Below the pieces are notes generated by a model. It searched no databases. It was not told where the DNA came from and saw only the letters and a list, made by a program, of their open reading frames with translations. Positions 42,616-51,636 of a DNA stretch of 64,000 nt are shown in pieces; the first letter of the stretch is position 1, and every line of letters starts with the position of its first letter. Position numbers and translations under genes: made by a program. Source of the stretch: an uncultured Planctomycetota bacterium (GTDB lineage: Bacteria > Planctomycetota > Phycisphaerae > Tepidisphaerales > Tepidisphaeraceae). Location of the stretch: positions 896,001 through 960,000 of the forward strand of contig CAWJEN010000005.1 in assembly GCA_963841915.1 (NCBI GenBank). Reading direction: 5' to 3'.

Positions 42616-43236
42616 ATGATTCGAACCGCACTACTCACGACTGCCGCCGTTCTCGCCGCTTCGACCGCCGCCGGTGCGGCTTTGGTACAGAGCTTCGAGT
42701 TCGACACGCCCGGTGACACAGAAGGGTTCAACGGAGCCAACGTCACCGGTCCGCTTGTCGTCGCCGGAGGCCTGCTGACGGGCACAACGGTGAGCGGAGG
42801 TGGTGACCCGCAGCTGATCAATCCTGCCACCAGCGGACGCGTCAACCTCACTCCGGCCATGGGTGAGACGTTTGACCGCATCGAGTTCCGCGTCCGCGAG
42901 CTGGAAGGCGTAACGCCCGTCAACACCTTCTCGTCAGCTGGTCTATTTGTCGCGCTGAATTCAGCAGGATTTAACGGCAATGCGCCGACGGCAGGTCTCT
43001 ATTCGGCCGCCGCCGACGGTGAGTATTTCATTGTCACCGTAGATATCAGCAGCTATGCCGGAACTCTTCCGGTGACGTCGATCCGTCTCGACCCAATTGG
43101 TGGACCGGACGCGGCTGGTAACACGTTCAACGTCGACTACATCCGAATCTTCGACACCGCTCCGATTCCGGAACCGACGTCAGCCCTTGGCATCATGGCC
43201 GGTGGCCTCCTGCTCGCGGCTCGTCGCCGTCGCTGA
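42616..43236 (+). CDS. PEP-CTERM exported protein
   Basis: AGGAGG at 42601; signal peptide; IRLDP; IPEPTSALGIMAGGLLLAARRRR. Confidence 0.9.
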   Translation: MIRTALLTTAAVLAASTAAGAALVQSFEFDTPGDTEGFNGANVTGPLVVAGGLLTGTTVSGGGDPQLINPATSGRVNLTPAMGETFDRIEFRVRELEGVTPVNTFSSAGLFVALNSAGFNGNAPTAGLYSAAADGEYFIVTVDISSYAGTLPVTSIRLDPIGGPDAAGNTFNVDYIRIFDTAPIPEPTSALGIMAGGLLLAARRRR

Positions 43237-43282
43237 ATCAAGCCCGATCCGGCCGCGTCTGCGGACGGCATCTAAAACTGAT

Positions 43283-43320
43283 CGGCACGCCTCGCTTCAC
43301 GCGGGGCGTGCCGCTTCTTT
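43283..43320. terminator. probable bidirectional intrinsic terminator
   Basis: CGGCACGCCTCGC-TTCAC-GCGGGGCGTGCCG hairpin, TTCTTT after it and AAAA before it, between convergent genes. Confidence 0.6.
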
Positions 43321-44616
43321 GGCGGGAACGACTTCGAAAGCTGCTTCTCGCTCCAGGCCAGCGTCTGCGAGGGTGCCGAGGCGACGAAGGTCGGGGAAAA
43401 GGCCGCTCCACGTTGCCACCACGACCAGCGTCCCGACGCCACCCGAGACCACGCTCACGATCGGCGTCGTCAGCTGTGCCACCAGGCCGCTCTCGAACCC
43501 GCCGAGCTGATTCGAGCTGCCGATGAAGACGGCACTGACCGCGCTCACCCGCCCGCGCATGGCGTCGGGTGTTGCCAGCTGCACCAATGTTTGGCGAACG
43601 ACGACGCTGACATTGTCGAAGACGCCGGTCAGGAACAACATCGCGATCGACAGCGGAAACGACGTCGAGAAGCCGAAGACGATCGTCGCCACACCGAAGC
43701 CGGCGACGCTGATCAGCAGTGTGCGGCCGGCCCGCTTCATTGGTGGCGTGTGCGTCAGCACGAGGGCCGTAACCAGTGCCCCTGCCGCCGGGGCGGCATT
43801 GAGTACGCCCAGACCCATTGCACCCACACCCAAGATGTCGCTGGCAAACACCGGAAGCAGGTAGACCGCGCCGCCGAAGAGGACGGCGAAGAGGTCGAGC
43901 GAGATGGCCGCCAGGATCAGCTTGCGGTGCCAGACGAACGACAGCCCTTCGCCCAGATCTGAGAGGACACCGCCGAGACCTTTGGCGGCTTTGCCGGGCT
44001 CGGGCTTTGTGTGTACGTCGAGCAGGGCGATGACGACCATGAATGCAGCCGTAGAGAGTGCGGCCAGGAAGTACGCCGCCGGCAAGCTCACCGCGATCAC
44101 GAATCCACCCAAAGCCGGCCCGGCCAGGCCGCTGATCTGCCCGACGCTCGTCCGCCATTTCACCGCGTTTTCGAACGTGTCCCGTGGCACGAGCATCGGC
44201 AAGAGCGCTGCCCGGGCGGGCCAAGTCAGGCGAAGAAAGGCCGAGTCGATCAGGAGTAGAAAGAACATCCACCCGATCGATCCTGCTTTGGCGGACAGGA
44301 TGCCCAGGCCGATGCTGGTGAGCGTCGTGCCCAGCATGCCGACCAGCATGATCTTGCGGCGGTCGTACCGGTCGGCCAGCACACCGGCGGGCAGGGTGAG
44401 CAGCAACATCGGGATCGCCTGCATGAGCGCGACCCACGCCAGGTCCATCTCGCGGCCGGTCCGCTGGTACACCTCCCACGCGATTGCGAGCCCTTGCCCG
44501 GCCGTGCCGATCGAGACGAGCGTGCCGGCGATGAGGTAGTTGCGGAACGGCTTGACCCGCAGCGCCTCGTAAGGGTCGTGCCGCGTGGGCTCGTCAGGTG
44601 GCAAAACATCGGTCAT
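43297..44616 (-). CDS. MFS transporter (EntS/DHA3-like)
   Basis: AGVLADRYDRRKIM, GPALGG, TPDAMRGRV; multiple TM helices. Confidence 0.9.
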   Translation of the reverse strand: MTDVLPPDEPTRHDPYEALRVKPFRNYLIAGTLVSIGTAGQGLAIAWEVYQRTGREMDLAWVALMQAIPMLLLTLPAGVLADRYDRRKIMLVGMLGTTLTSIGLGILSAKAGSIGWMFFLLLIDSAFLRLTWPARAALLPMLVPRDTFENAVKWRTSVGQISGLAGPALGGFVIAVSLPAAYFLAALSTAAFMVVIALLDVHTKPEPGKAAKGLGGVLSDLGEGLSFVWHRKLILAAISLDLFAVLFGGAVYLLPVFASDILGVGAMGLGVLNAAPAAGALVTALVLTHTPPMKRAGRTLLISVAGFGVATIVFGFSTSFPLSIAMLFLTGVFDNVSVVVRQTLVQLATPDAMRGRVSAVSAVFIGSSNQLGGFESGLVAQLTTPIVSVVSGGVGTLVVVATWSGLFPDLRRLGTLADAGLEREAAFEVVPAKEAARPA

Positions 44617-44678
44617 ACGGCATTGCGACTCTATCGACGGTGAAGCACGGTACATCGATCGCGGTTAAACTGGATCGA

Positions 44679-45692
44679 ATGGGGTTCGACCTGACGTGCG
44701 ACCGGTGTGGCTATGACCTGCGAGCGACGCCCGAAGGTGCGGTATGCCCGGAGTGCGGGTTTTCGGTCGCAGAGTCGGCGCGGCTGGCGATGATCCCGAG
44801 ACGGCCGCGGTGGCGTGACAGCGACCCGCGGTGGCGGCGTCGCATGCTCCTCGGCTGCTGGGTGCTGGCGTTACTGCCGCTGTTTTCGATCCTGCAACGG
44901 ACGGGTGTTGCTGATCAGATTCAGCTCCCGAGCATCCTGCCGTTCGATAAGACAACGAACACGCTCGGCAGCAATTTCTACGCCGACTGGCTCGATCCCT
45001 TCTTTACCTTCTTCATCGGCATCACGCTGCTGTTCGCCAAGGAGCGGTTCCGCAGACGAGGCTTCATCGATTCGATCCGCCGCGTCGGCATCTTGGTCTG
45101 TGTCGGCGTTCTCTTCCTCGGCATCGCGTCTTTTGGGCTGATCGTCGCCCTAGTCGGGCTTGGCATCAGTGCGTTGTTGCACACGTTGCCGATCGAGAAT
45201 CAGCCGCCCGAGACGCATGTGCTGGCGTGGGTTTCTACCCGCTACTTCGATTATGCTCCGAACTCGACGCTGTGGGCAAGCAGCCTTCTGATTGCCTTTT
45301 CTGCAGCGGCGGTCCTGCTTGCGTGCGTCGTCCTGTTCGAGGTGTTGCGTAGCACGTTACCGATGGGCAAAGGCCGAGCTCGCCGGCGCGGCATGATTCT
45401 GGCGGCCTTGCCCACGCTTCCGCTCGCGATCCTGGCGGTCGTTCAACTCGCCGCAGCCGTGGCGGTCTACTTCCAGCACCGGACGGAGGACCATTTGCCG
45501 TACGCGTTCTTCTACTTCGAACCCCAGTCTGTCGCAGTCGTGTTCCAGAACCTGCCGGCGGGTAGGGGTGCCACTGTCCTCTACTATTACGCTGACATCA
45601 TCAAGTGGCTCTCCTGCGTCGTCATCGCTCTCTGGCTGACGACCGCTCAGATCGCGTCCTGGCGACATCCTCGACCCTGCCAATCGACCTAA
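44679..45692 (+). CDS. membrane protein with N-terminal zinc ribbon
   Basis: CDRCGYDLR...CPECG followed by several TM helices. Confidence 0.75.
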   Translation: MGFDLTCDRCGYDLRATPEGAVCPECGFSVAESARLAMIPRRPRWRDSDPRWRRRMLLGCWVLALLPLFSILQRTGVADQIQLPSILPFDKTTNTLGSNFYADWLDPFFTFFIGITLLFAKERFRRRGFIDSIRRVGILVCVGVLFLGIASFGLIVALVGLGISALLHTLPIENQPPETHVLAWVSTRYFDYAPNSTLWASSLLIAFSAAAVLLACVVLFEVLRSTLPMGKGRARRRGMILAALPTLPLAILAVVQLAAAVAVYFQHRTEDHLPYAFFYFEPQSVAVVFQNLPAGRGATVLYYYADIIKWLSCVVIALWLTTAQIASWRHPRPCQST

Positions 45693-45976
45693 CGCATCTC
45701 CCGCTCGCCGAAACCGCGGAGGCCGGCGTCGACGACCGCGGTCTGCTTTCGGCTTCGGCGGCAGGTGTGGCAGATGAGACGGTGCAGCCGCTCCGCCAAT
45801 CGCTCGGACCAGTCGCTCTCGCCGTATTGTGACCGCAGGCGGATCAGGTCGGCCCGCTCGCACCGCAGCGTCAGCACGAGCAACGCGTGACCGAACACAC
45901 GCCCAAGCGACCCGTGGGCCGGAGCGTCTTCGGCACCTGGCGCTGAATCGGGAGGATGGATCACAGTCTCGTTCAT
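45689..45976 (-). CDS. zf-HC2 (ZAS) anti-sigma factor
   Basis: C...HRLICHTC (HxxxCxxC), directly downstream of an ECF sigma gene. Confidence 0.75.
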   Translation of the reverse strand: MNETVIHPPDSAPGAEDAPAHGSLGRVFGHALLVLTLRCERADLIRLRSQYGESDWSERLAERLHRLICHTCRRSRKQTAVVDAGLRGFGEREMR

Positions 45977-45992
45977 GCTGCGGGACAGAGTG

Positions 45993-46607
45993 TTACGTCG
46001 GATTCTTTTCCAAAGGTCGACCAATAAAAACCGTTGAAAGGCCACTGCGAAGCCGCAGGCGGCCGCGGTGGACGAGCGTCCAGAGGTTCGCCCGTGTCAC
46101 GCCGAGCAACGCACACACCTCAGCCGTGGCCAGCCCGTCGATCTCGCGAAAGACGATTGCCTGCCGCATCAGCGGCGGCATGTCGTCGAGGCAGCGGGCA
46201 AAGTGCTCCCAGAACTCCTCGCGCTCCATCGCCTCACCCGGCCGACCGTGCCAGCGGTGGCGGGCGATCGCGTAGACCTGTTCGCGGACCGACGGTCCGG
46301 CCACGCGCAGGACGTCGCGGTACTCGTCGAGCACACGCCGCCTGACCACGTCCCGCCGCACGCGATCGACCACGCGACGCCGGACAAGTGTGAATAGGAC
46401 GGCCCGCTCGTCGCGTGGCTCGTCGCCGTTGGCCAGCGACTCTGCCGCCGAGACGAGTGCGTCCTGTACCGCGTCGTCTGCGTCGTCCGGATTCAGCAGC
46501 CGTCGGCGGGCGAACGTGATGAGGTCTGGCCCGTGCTTCGACCACCACGTCGCCAGGATGTCCTGGTCGTGTGAAGGCGTTGTTGCATCTCCCGATTCGT
46601 ACGGCAC
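45993..46607 (-). CDS. ECF sigma factor
   Basis: DADDAVQDAL, FREIDGLATAEVCALLGVTRANLWTLVHRGR. Confidence 0.88.
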   Translation of the reverse strand: MPYESGDATTPSHDQDILATWWSKHGPDLITFARRRLLNPDDADDAVQDALVSAAESLANGDEPRDERAVLFTLVRRRVVDRVRRDVVRRRVLDEYRDVLRVAGPSVREQVYAIARHRWHGRPGEAMEREEFWEHFARCLDDMPPLMRQAIVFREIDGLATAEVCALLGVTRANLWTLVHRGRLRLRSGLSTVFIGRPLEKNPT

Positions 46608-46801
46608 GTCACCTGACTATTCATGCCCCCGCGACGCCCGTAAACGCCGCGAGGGTGAGGGGAGAGATAGCTGTTCAGCAATCGGACCCGCTCTGGAGCG
46701 TGACGTCGCAGGCCGATGCTGTTCCTTTCAGCGGCGTTCGATTATTCTTCTTCGACGAGTCCCGCCGTACGGGCAAGCACGATCCGGCGGTAGAGTGTGC
46801 C

Positions 46802-47788
46802 ATGCAGGCGGATCCTGATGATGTCGAGTCCGCGACTGCTGCTGCACCCGTGCCGATCCTCCGCACGATCGTCGGCGGGGCGCTCATGGGGACGGCGAAC
46901 CTCGTGCCCGGTGTCAGTGGTGGGACGATGGTGTTGGCCGTGGGGCTGTACGACCGTTTCGTCGCCGCAGCGGCCGATGTGACGCGACTGCATCTGCACC
47001 GCCGGGCGGTTGTGTTCATCGTCCTGTTGTTCGGGGCGAAGTTCGCGGCGATGGGGTTGCTGGGTGTCCCGGTGGCGACGGCCATCAGTCGCTACCAGGC
47101 GACGGCCTACGCGCTGTTCCTTGGGATGACGCTGGCCGGAACGCCGATCCTGTGGCGCATTCTGAGGCGAACCGGCGGCCTGAGGGCCCGCTCGACCTGG
47201 CCGCTCGTGGTGATCGGCATCGCTTTGATGGCGTTGCTGGCGCTTGTGCCAAAAGGCGACAAGCCCGAGCCGACCGACGACTATCGGCCGGTCACGAACA
47301 TGCCACTCGACGCCTTCGCCGGTGCCGCGGCCTACTCGGCGATGGTGCTGCCTGGTGTCAGTGGTGGCACGATCAAGCTCGCGCTGGGCCGTCTGGAGCC
47401 GACCATCTGGAGCATCGGGCAGGCCGGCAACTATGTGAACCCGGCCGTCGACGCGGCACCGCTCGACCAATGGCTGCCGATCTTGCTGCCTTACACGCTG
47501 GGCGCAGTCGTCGGGCTGGTGCTCGTCAGCAACGCACTCAAATGGCTGCTCCGCCGACATGAGGTGGCGACGACGGCGATGCTATTGGGCGTGCTGTGGG
47601 GAAGCATCTTGCCCATCTGGCCGTTCGACCGTGAGACGACGATGAGTGGCTACCTGCTGGCGGCCGTTGCTGCGTCAGTCGGCTTCGCAGGGGTGTACGC
47701 GCTGACGCTCTGGGAAGGTGATAAGCCCGGTCATGCCGGCGACCACGAGCCTGATCTTGAGGACATCGAGCGTCGGCAGGGCACGTAG
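46802..47788 (+). CDS. DUF368 membrane protein
   Basis: Two PGVSGGT motifs and multiple TM helices. Confidence 0.88.
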   Translation: MQADPDDVESATAAAPVPILRTIVGGALMGTANLVPGVSGGTMVLAVGLYDRFVAAAADVTRLHLHRRAVVFIVLLFGAKFAAMGLLGVPVATAISRYQATAYALFLGMTLAGTPILWRILRRTGGLRARSTWPLVVIGIALMALLALVPKGDKPEPTDDYRPVTNMPLDAFAGAAAYSAMVLPGVSGGTIKLALGRLEPTIWSIGQAGNYVNPAVDAAPLDQWLPILLPYTLGAVVGLVLVSNALKWLLRRHEVATTAMLLGVLWGSILPIWPFDRETTMSGYLLAAVAASVGFAGVYALTLWEGDKPGHAGDHEPDLEDIERRQGT

Positions 47789-47796
47789 GCTTTTCC

Positions 47797-48813
47797 ATGC
47801 GCGTCTATCTCGGCTGTTATGGCCCGTCGATCTACAAGGCCACGCTCGACGACGCCGGCGAACTGGCCGAGCCCACTGCCGCTGGAGAGATCAAGAACGC
47901 GTCGTTCCTGGCGAAGCATCCGACGCTGCCGGTGCTGTACTGCTGCACCGAAGCCGGGCCCGACGGTGGCGTCGCGGCTTTCGACATCGGTCACACGACG
48001 GGCGACCTGGTCAGCCACGGTGAACCCAAGCCGACCGGTGGCGGTGGGACGTGCTTCGTCGCCGTGACGCCCGACGGGCGCTGGCTACTCGCCGCCAACT
48101 ACGGCGGCGGCAGCGTCGCGGCATTTCATCTCGACGCCCGTGGCCACATCGGCGACCGCGGCTTCTTCCACCAGCACGAGGGCAGCGGCCCCAACGAGCG
48201 TCGCCAACAGAAACCCCACGCCCACTGCTTCCGACCTGATCCGACCGGCCGCTTTGCCCTGTCATGCAACCTGGGCAACGACACCATTTACGTCTACCGC
48301 ACCGGCGAGACCGTCGAAGAAGCCGGTACCTTCAAGTTGCCCGCCGGTGCCGGGCCGCGTCACCTCGCCTTTACGCCCGATGCGAAGCACCTTTATGTGC
48401 TCGGCGAACTCGACAACCGCCTGTACGCCTTTGCGTGGAATGACGGAACGGCGGAGCCCATCGGCGACGTGCCGACCTTGCCCGACCATTTCGACGGCCA
48501 AAGCACGACGGCGGAGGTCGTGGTCGATGCCCAAGGCCGCACCGTCTACGCCAGCAACCGCGGGCACGACTCGATAGCCGTCTTCGCACGTCACGCAGCG
48601 ACCGGCAAGCTCACGCCACGCGGCCACGCCAGGAGTGGCGGCGAACAGCCACGTCACTTCGCCCTCACGCTCGACGGCCGCCGGATGATCGTCGCTAACC
48701 AAAATACCGGCACCGTCGCCACGTTTGACGTCTGCGAAGAGAGCGGCGAGCTGACGCCAACGGGTGCAGAAGCGGCGACGGTCGAGAAGCCTGTCTGCGT
48801 GCTCCCGGCTTAG
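47797..48813 (+). CDS. pgl: 6-phosphogluconolactonase / lactonase family
   Basis: ANYGGGSV, PHAH, GAGPRH, ASNRGHDSI, PRHF, ANQ. Confidence 0.9.
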   Translation: MRVYLGCYGPSIYKATLDDAGELAEPTAAGEIKNASFLAKHPTLPVLYCCTEAGPDGGVAAFDIGHTTGDLVSHGEPKPTGGGGTCFVAVTPDGRWLLAANYGGGSVAAFHLDARGHIGDRGFFHQHEGSGPNERRQQKPHAHCFRPDPTGRFALSCNLGNDTIYVYRTGETVEEAGTFKLPAGAGPRHLAFTPDAKHLYVLGELDNRLYAFAWNDGTAEPIGDVPTLPDHFDGQSTTAEVVVDAQGRTVYASNRGHDSIAVFARHAATGKLTPRGHARSGGEQPRHFALTLDGRRMIVANQNTGTVATFDVCEESGELTPTGAEAATVEKPVCVLPA

Positions 48814-48857
48814 ATCGTCCTCAAGCCGCAGCACACGCCCCCAACTATCGTCTGCCC

Positions 48858-49808
48858 ATGCCGGTCGTGCGCGATAACGACCGCCTTCGCCGCATCGCGG
48901 CACGGCACGTGTCCGGCGGACGGTGGGGCGTCGGTGTCAGCGGCGGGGCAGACAGCATGGCCACCTGGCAGATCGTGCGCAAACTTGCAGGCGTCGAGGT
49001 CGTGGTGCTGCACGTCGACCACGCGTCGCGTCCGATGTCGAGAGACGATGCCGCATTCGTCGTCGAGCAGGCCAGGCGTCTCGGCGACGCGTCGTCTGTC
49101 GAGCGGCTCGAGCCAGGTGCTACGACAGAAACTGCCTGGCGACGCGAACGACTTCGCGTGTTCGGCAGCGCCTGCCACCGCTTCGACCTGCAAGGCGTCA
49201 TCCTCGGTCATCATCTCGATGATCTGGCAGAAACAGTCGCCATGCGATTACTCCGCGGCTCGCCCCGAAGTGGCGTCCACGGCATCGGCGGGCTACGCCG
49301 CCTCTCCGTCGTCAGTAACGTGCGACTCTGCCGACCGATGCTCGGCGTCAGACGCTTATCGCTCCGCGGGTTCGACGTCGAGCACGTCCACGATGCAACG
49401 AACGATGAACCGATCACGCTCCGTAACCGCCTCCGATTGGCCCTTGGCAGGAATGCGGCACTGGAGTCATCGAATGACCTGCATCGTGCGCTGGTCCGAC
49501 TTCATGTCGCCAGCGAGCGGGCGCAGCGGGAACTCGACGCAGCAACGCCGACGTGGCAGCATCTGCCGCTCGAGGTCGATACGGCGGACCCGCTCATGCG
49601 TGAGGCGGCGAGACGTTGGCTCGGCGGGCCACCGTCGCCCGCGGCCGTCGACCGACTGCTGTCCGTGCTGCAACGCGACGGCGAACGCGTGGTGAATCTA
49701 CCGGGCGGCCTCCGCGTCCGCCGCCTCGGCCGTAAACACGGCGGCGGCTACGAGGTCACACGGCTCACTCCGCCGGCTCGATCGTCACCTTCACCAGCCG
49801 ACTCTTGA
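48858..49808 (+). CDS. tilS: tRNA(Ile)-lysidine synthase (short form)
   Basis: SGGADS PP-loop, HVDH, GHHLDDLAET, RPML, DATN...RNRLR. Confidence 0.85.
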   Translation: MPVVRDNDRLRRIAARHVSGGRWGVGVSGGADSMATWQIVRKLAGVEVVVLHVDHASRPMSRDDAAFVVEQARRLGDASSVERLEPGATTETAWRRERLRVFGSACHRFDLQGVILGHHLDDLAETVAMRLLRGSPRSGVHGIGGLRRLSVVSNVRLCRPMLGVRRLSLRGFDVEHVHDATNDEPITLRNRLRLALGRNAALESSNDLHRALVRLHVASERAQRELDAATPTWQHLPLEVDTADPLMREAARRWLGGPPSPAAVDRLLSVLQRDGERVVNLPGGLRVRRLGRKHGGGYEVTRLTPPARSSPSPADS

Positions 49809-50130
49809 ACTGCTCGACGTAAAGCTCCGCCCGCTCCTTGTGCGTGACGAGCAACAACGACAACCCCCGCCGATGGGCCTCCAACGCCGCCCGCGATGCC
49901 GCAAACTCGTCGAGCGGCGTGAGCGTGCAAACGGTGTCGATCACGTCCTCGAACGTATTGAGATCATCGTTGTGCAACAGCACCCGCCACGGCGGCAACA
50001 TGCCGGGCGGGTTTTTCTTGGGCTTGGTCTTACCCGACGACTTGGCGTCTTTCTTCGGCTTTGCCGGTGGCTCGGCGACGGCCGCACTGCTGCCATCACC
50101 CTCAGCGGGCTCGTCGCGTTCGTCTGCCAT
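49765..50130 (-). CDS. clpS: Clp protease adaptor
   Basis: WRVLLHNDDLNTFEDV...AHRRG...ERAE. Confidence 0.88.
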   Translation of the reverse strand: MADERDEPAEGDGSSAAVAEPPAKPKKDAKSSGKTKPKKNPPGMLPPWRVLLHNDDLNTFEDVIDTVCTLTPLDEFAASRAALEAHRRGLSLLLVTHKERAELYVEQFKSRLVKVTIEPAE

Positions 50131-50246
50131 GAGCGGCGGTTGGAAGATGTTGTCGTCTCGGCTGTGCATCGACCTTGCGCATTGTAATCGGCGACGCCCA
50201 TCGTGCCATGCCCAAAGCGGAATCCGCGATATCCCTCGGTGTCGCA

Positions 50247-50810
50247 TCACTTTCCCCCCCACGTTCCCCCCAATCCCGGCAGCCCGTCGAGGCTCGCCGC
50301 ATTCTTCTTCGCCTTGTACTCGCGCAGCCGCTCCGGCCCCTGCTTCTGGGCCCAGTCCGTCAGCTCGGTGCGCTGGCCTGTGTAGTCGTACAACGGCACG
50401 CCGAAGCCGCAGGTGTCGGAGACGCGTTTCACCCGCACGCGGATGATGCTCCGCTCGCCCGCGACGTCGGCGAAGCGTCGACGAAGGGCGTCGTACTCCG
50501 CGTCGCCGGGCAGCGTGACGTCGCCCGTGCCGTGCAGGCGAAGGATGTTCGGCTTCCCCTCGAACGCGCAGAACATGACGCAGATTCGGCCGTTCTCCTG
50601 GAGGTGGGCGACGGTCTCGATGCCGCTGCCGACGATGTCGAGGTAGGCGACGGTGGTGTCATCGAGCACGGCGAACGTGCCGTCGAGACCCTTGGGCGAG
50701 AGATTGACGAGCCCGTCCGCCGCCAGCGGGGCGGTGGCGACAAAGAACATCTGCTGTTGGGCGATGAACGCGCGATGCGTGGCCGTGATGGTGTCGCCGG
50801 ACTTGCCCAT
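50247..50810 (-). CDS. pyridoxamine 5'-phosphate oxidase-family FMN-binding protein
   Basis: FFVATAP, NLSPKG, GSGIET, CAFEGKPNILRL, CGFGVP. Confidence 0.88.
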   Translation of the reverse strand: MGKSGDTITATHRAFIAQQQMFFVATAPLAADGLVNLSPKGLDGTFAVLDDTTVAYLDIVGSGIETVAHLQENGRICVMFCAFEGKPNILRLHGTGDVTLPGDAEYDALRRRFADVAGERSIIRVRVKRVSDTCGFGVPLYDYTGQRTELTDWAQKQGPERLREYKAKKNAASLDGLPGLGGTWGGK

Positions 50811-50866
50811 GCCGAAGCGTATTCGCCGCCGGGCAACGGTTCTGTGCTGTAAGGGGTCATGACTCG

Positions 50867-51087
50867 TCGCATGACAATCCATGTGGCCCGCATAACGGGT
50901 GACCGTGCCGGCATAACCAATGCTCGATCCCGCATAACGGATGCGGGGTCCCGCATAACGAGTGCGCGAGACCGCATAACGAAGTCTCGGGGACACGCCT
51001 CGCGGACCGGCTGCCCCGTTATGCGGGAGCGGTCATTCGTTATGCGGGTGCCAGGCATCGTTATGCGGCATGGATCACTCGTTATGC
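50867..51087. repeat. two inverted arrays of a 21-bp-period repeat (core CCGCATAACG)
   Basis: GCATRAC at 50869, 50890, 50911, 50932, 50953, 50974; GTTATGC at 51018, 51039, 51060, 51081. Confidence 0.92.
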
Positions 51088-51131
51088 TGAATCGCATCAA
51101 GTCGCCGGCGCGGCGTGCCGATGCCGGGCGT

Positions 51132-51422
51132 ATGCATTCTGCACTGCCCCGATTCAACCCACATCGGCCGCCTCCGACGAGCAACAAGGATCGTCAGCGG
51201 CAATTCCGCCAGCGGAACCCCGGCTACTACGGTCGGCTGCACCGCAAGCGGAATGCGAAGATTGAAGCCCTCGCCGCCGCCCGCGCCGCCGAAGCGGCAG
51301 GGCTGCAGACGATCGTCATGGCCAAGCCGCAACTCTGCCTCCCGGCCCCGGATCTGGTCAGCCAACAGATCTTCGCCGACCTCCACCGCCTCAAAGCCGA
51401 ACGCGAAAAAGTCGCGGCGTAG
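51132..51422 (+). CDS. small basic hypothetical protein
   Basis: 96 aa with SNKDRQRQFRQRNPGYYGRLHRKRNAK and GC3-rich codons. Also in frame with the repeat-encoded ORF from 50859. Confidence 0.6.
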   Translation: MHSALPRFNPHRPPPTSNKDRQRQFRQRNPGYYGRLHRKRNAKIEALAAARAAEAAGLQTIVMAKPQLCLPAPDLVSQQIFADLHRLKAEREKVAA

Positions 51423-51510
51423 GGGGAAGCACGACACAATGTGTCGTGGTTGAACGTCACGCGTCGCAAGACGGTGAGTCGACCCACGACACTTCGTGTA
51501 GTGGCACCCG

Positions 51511-51611
51511 GCCTCCCGGCCCCGATCCCGCGCGGGACGTCGAACGCCACGGCCTGCTCGACGCCCTCCACCGCCTCGCCGCCGACCGCGAACGCGTCGC
51601 CGCGTAGGGGG
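51511..51611 (+). repeat. diverged duplicate of the 3' end of the 51132-51422 gene
   Basis: GCCTCCCGGCCCCG (51337 / 51511), CCTCCACCGCCTC (51380 / 51565), GCGTAGGGGG (51417 / 51602). Confidence 0.75.
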
Positions 51612-51636
51612 GATCTGAACTCGCCTTGTTTCTGTT

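Noticed and set aside
49765..49808. 44-nt convergent overlap of tilS and clpS as antisense regulation
   Set aside because: Short 3' overlaps are common in compact high-GC genomes and nothing else supports a function.
50867..51087. CRISPR array interpretation of the 21-bp repeats
   Set aside because: Core of 10 bp and linkers of 11 bp are far too short, the arms are inverted, the linkers resemble each other, and no cas genes are in the window.
50859..51131. 7-aa repeat proteins (RITxxxx / VMRxxxx / RYAG) read through the array in several frames
   Set aside because: Open frames on both strands follow from the 21-nt period, and the repeat flips orientation midway, which fits a DNA/RNA-level constraint better. 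Not fully excluded.
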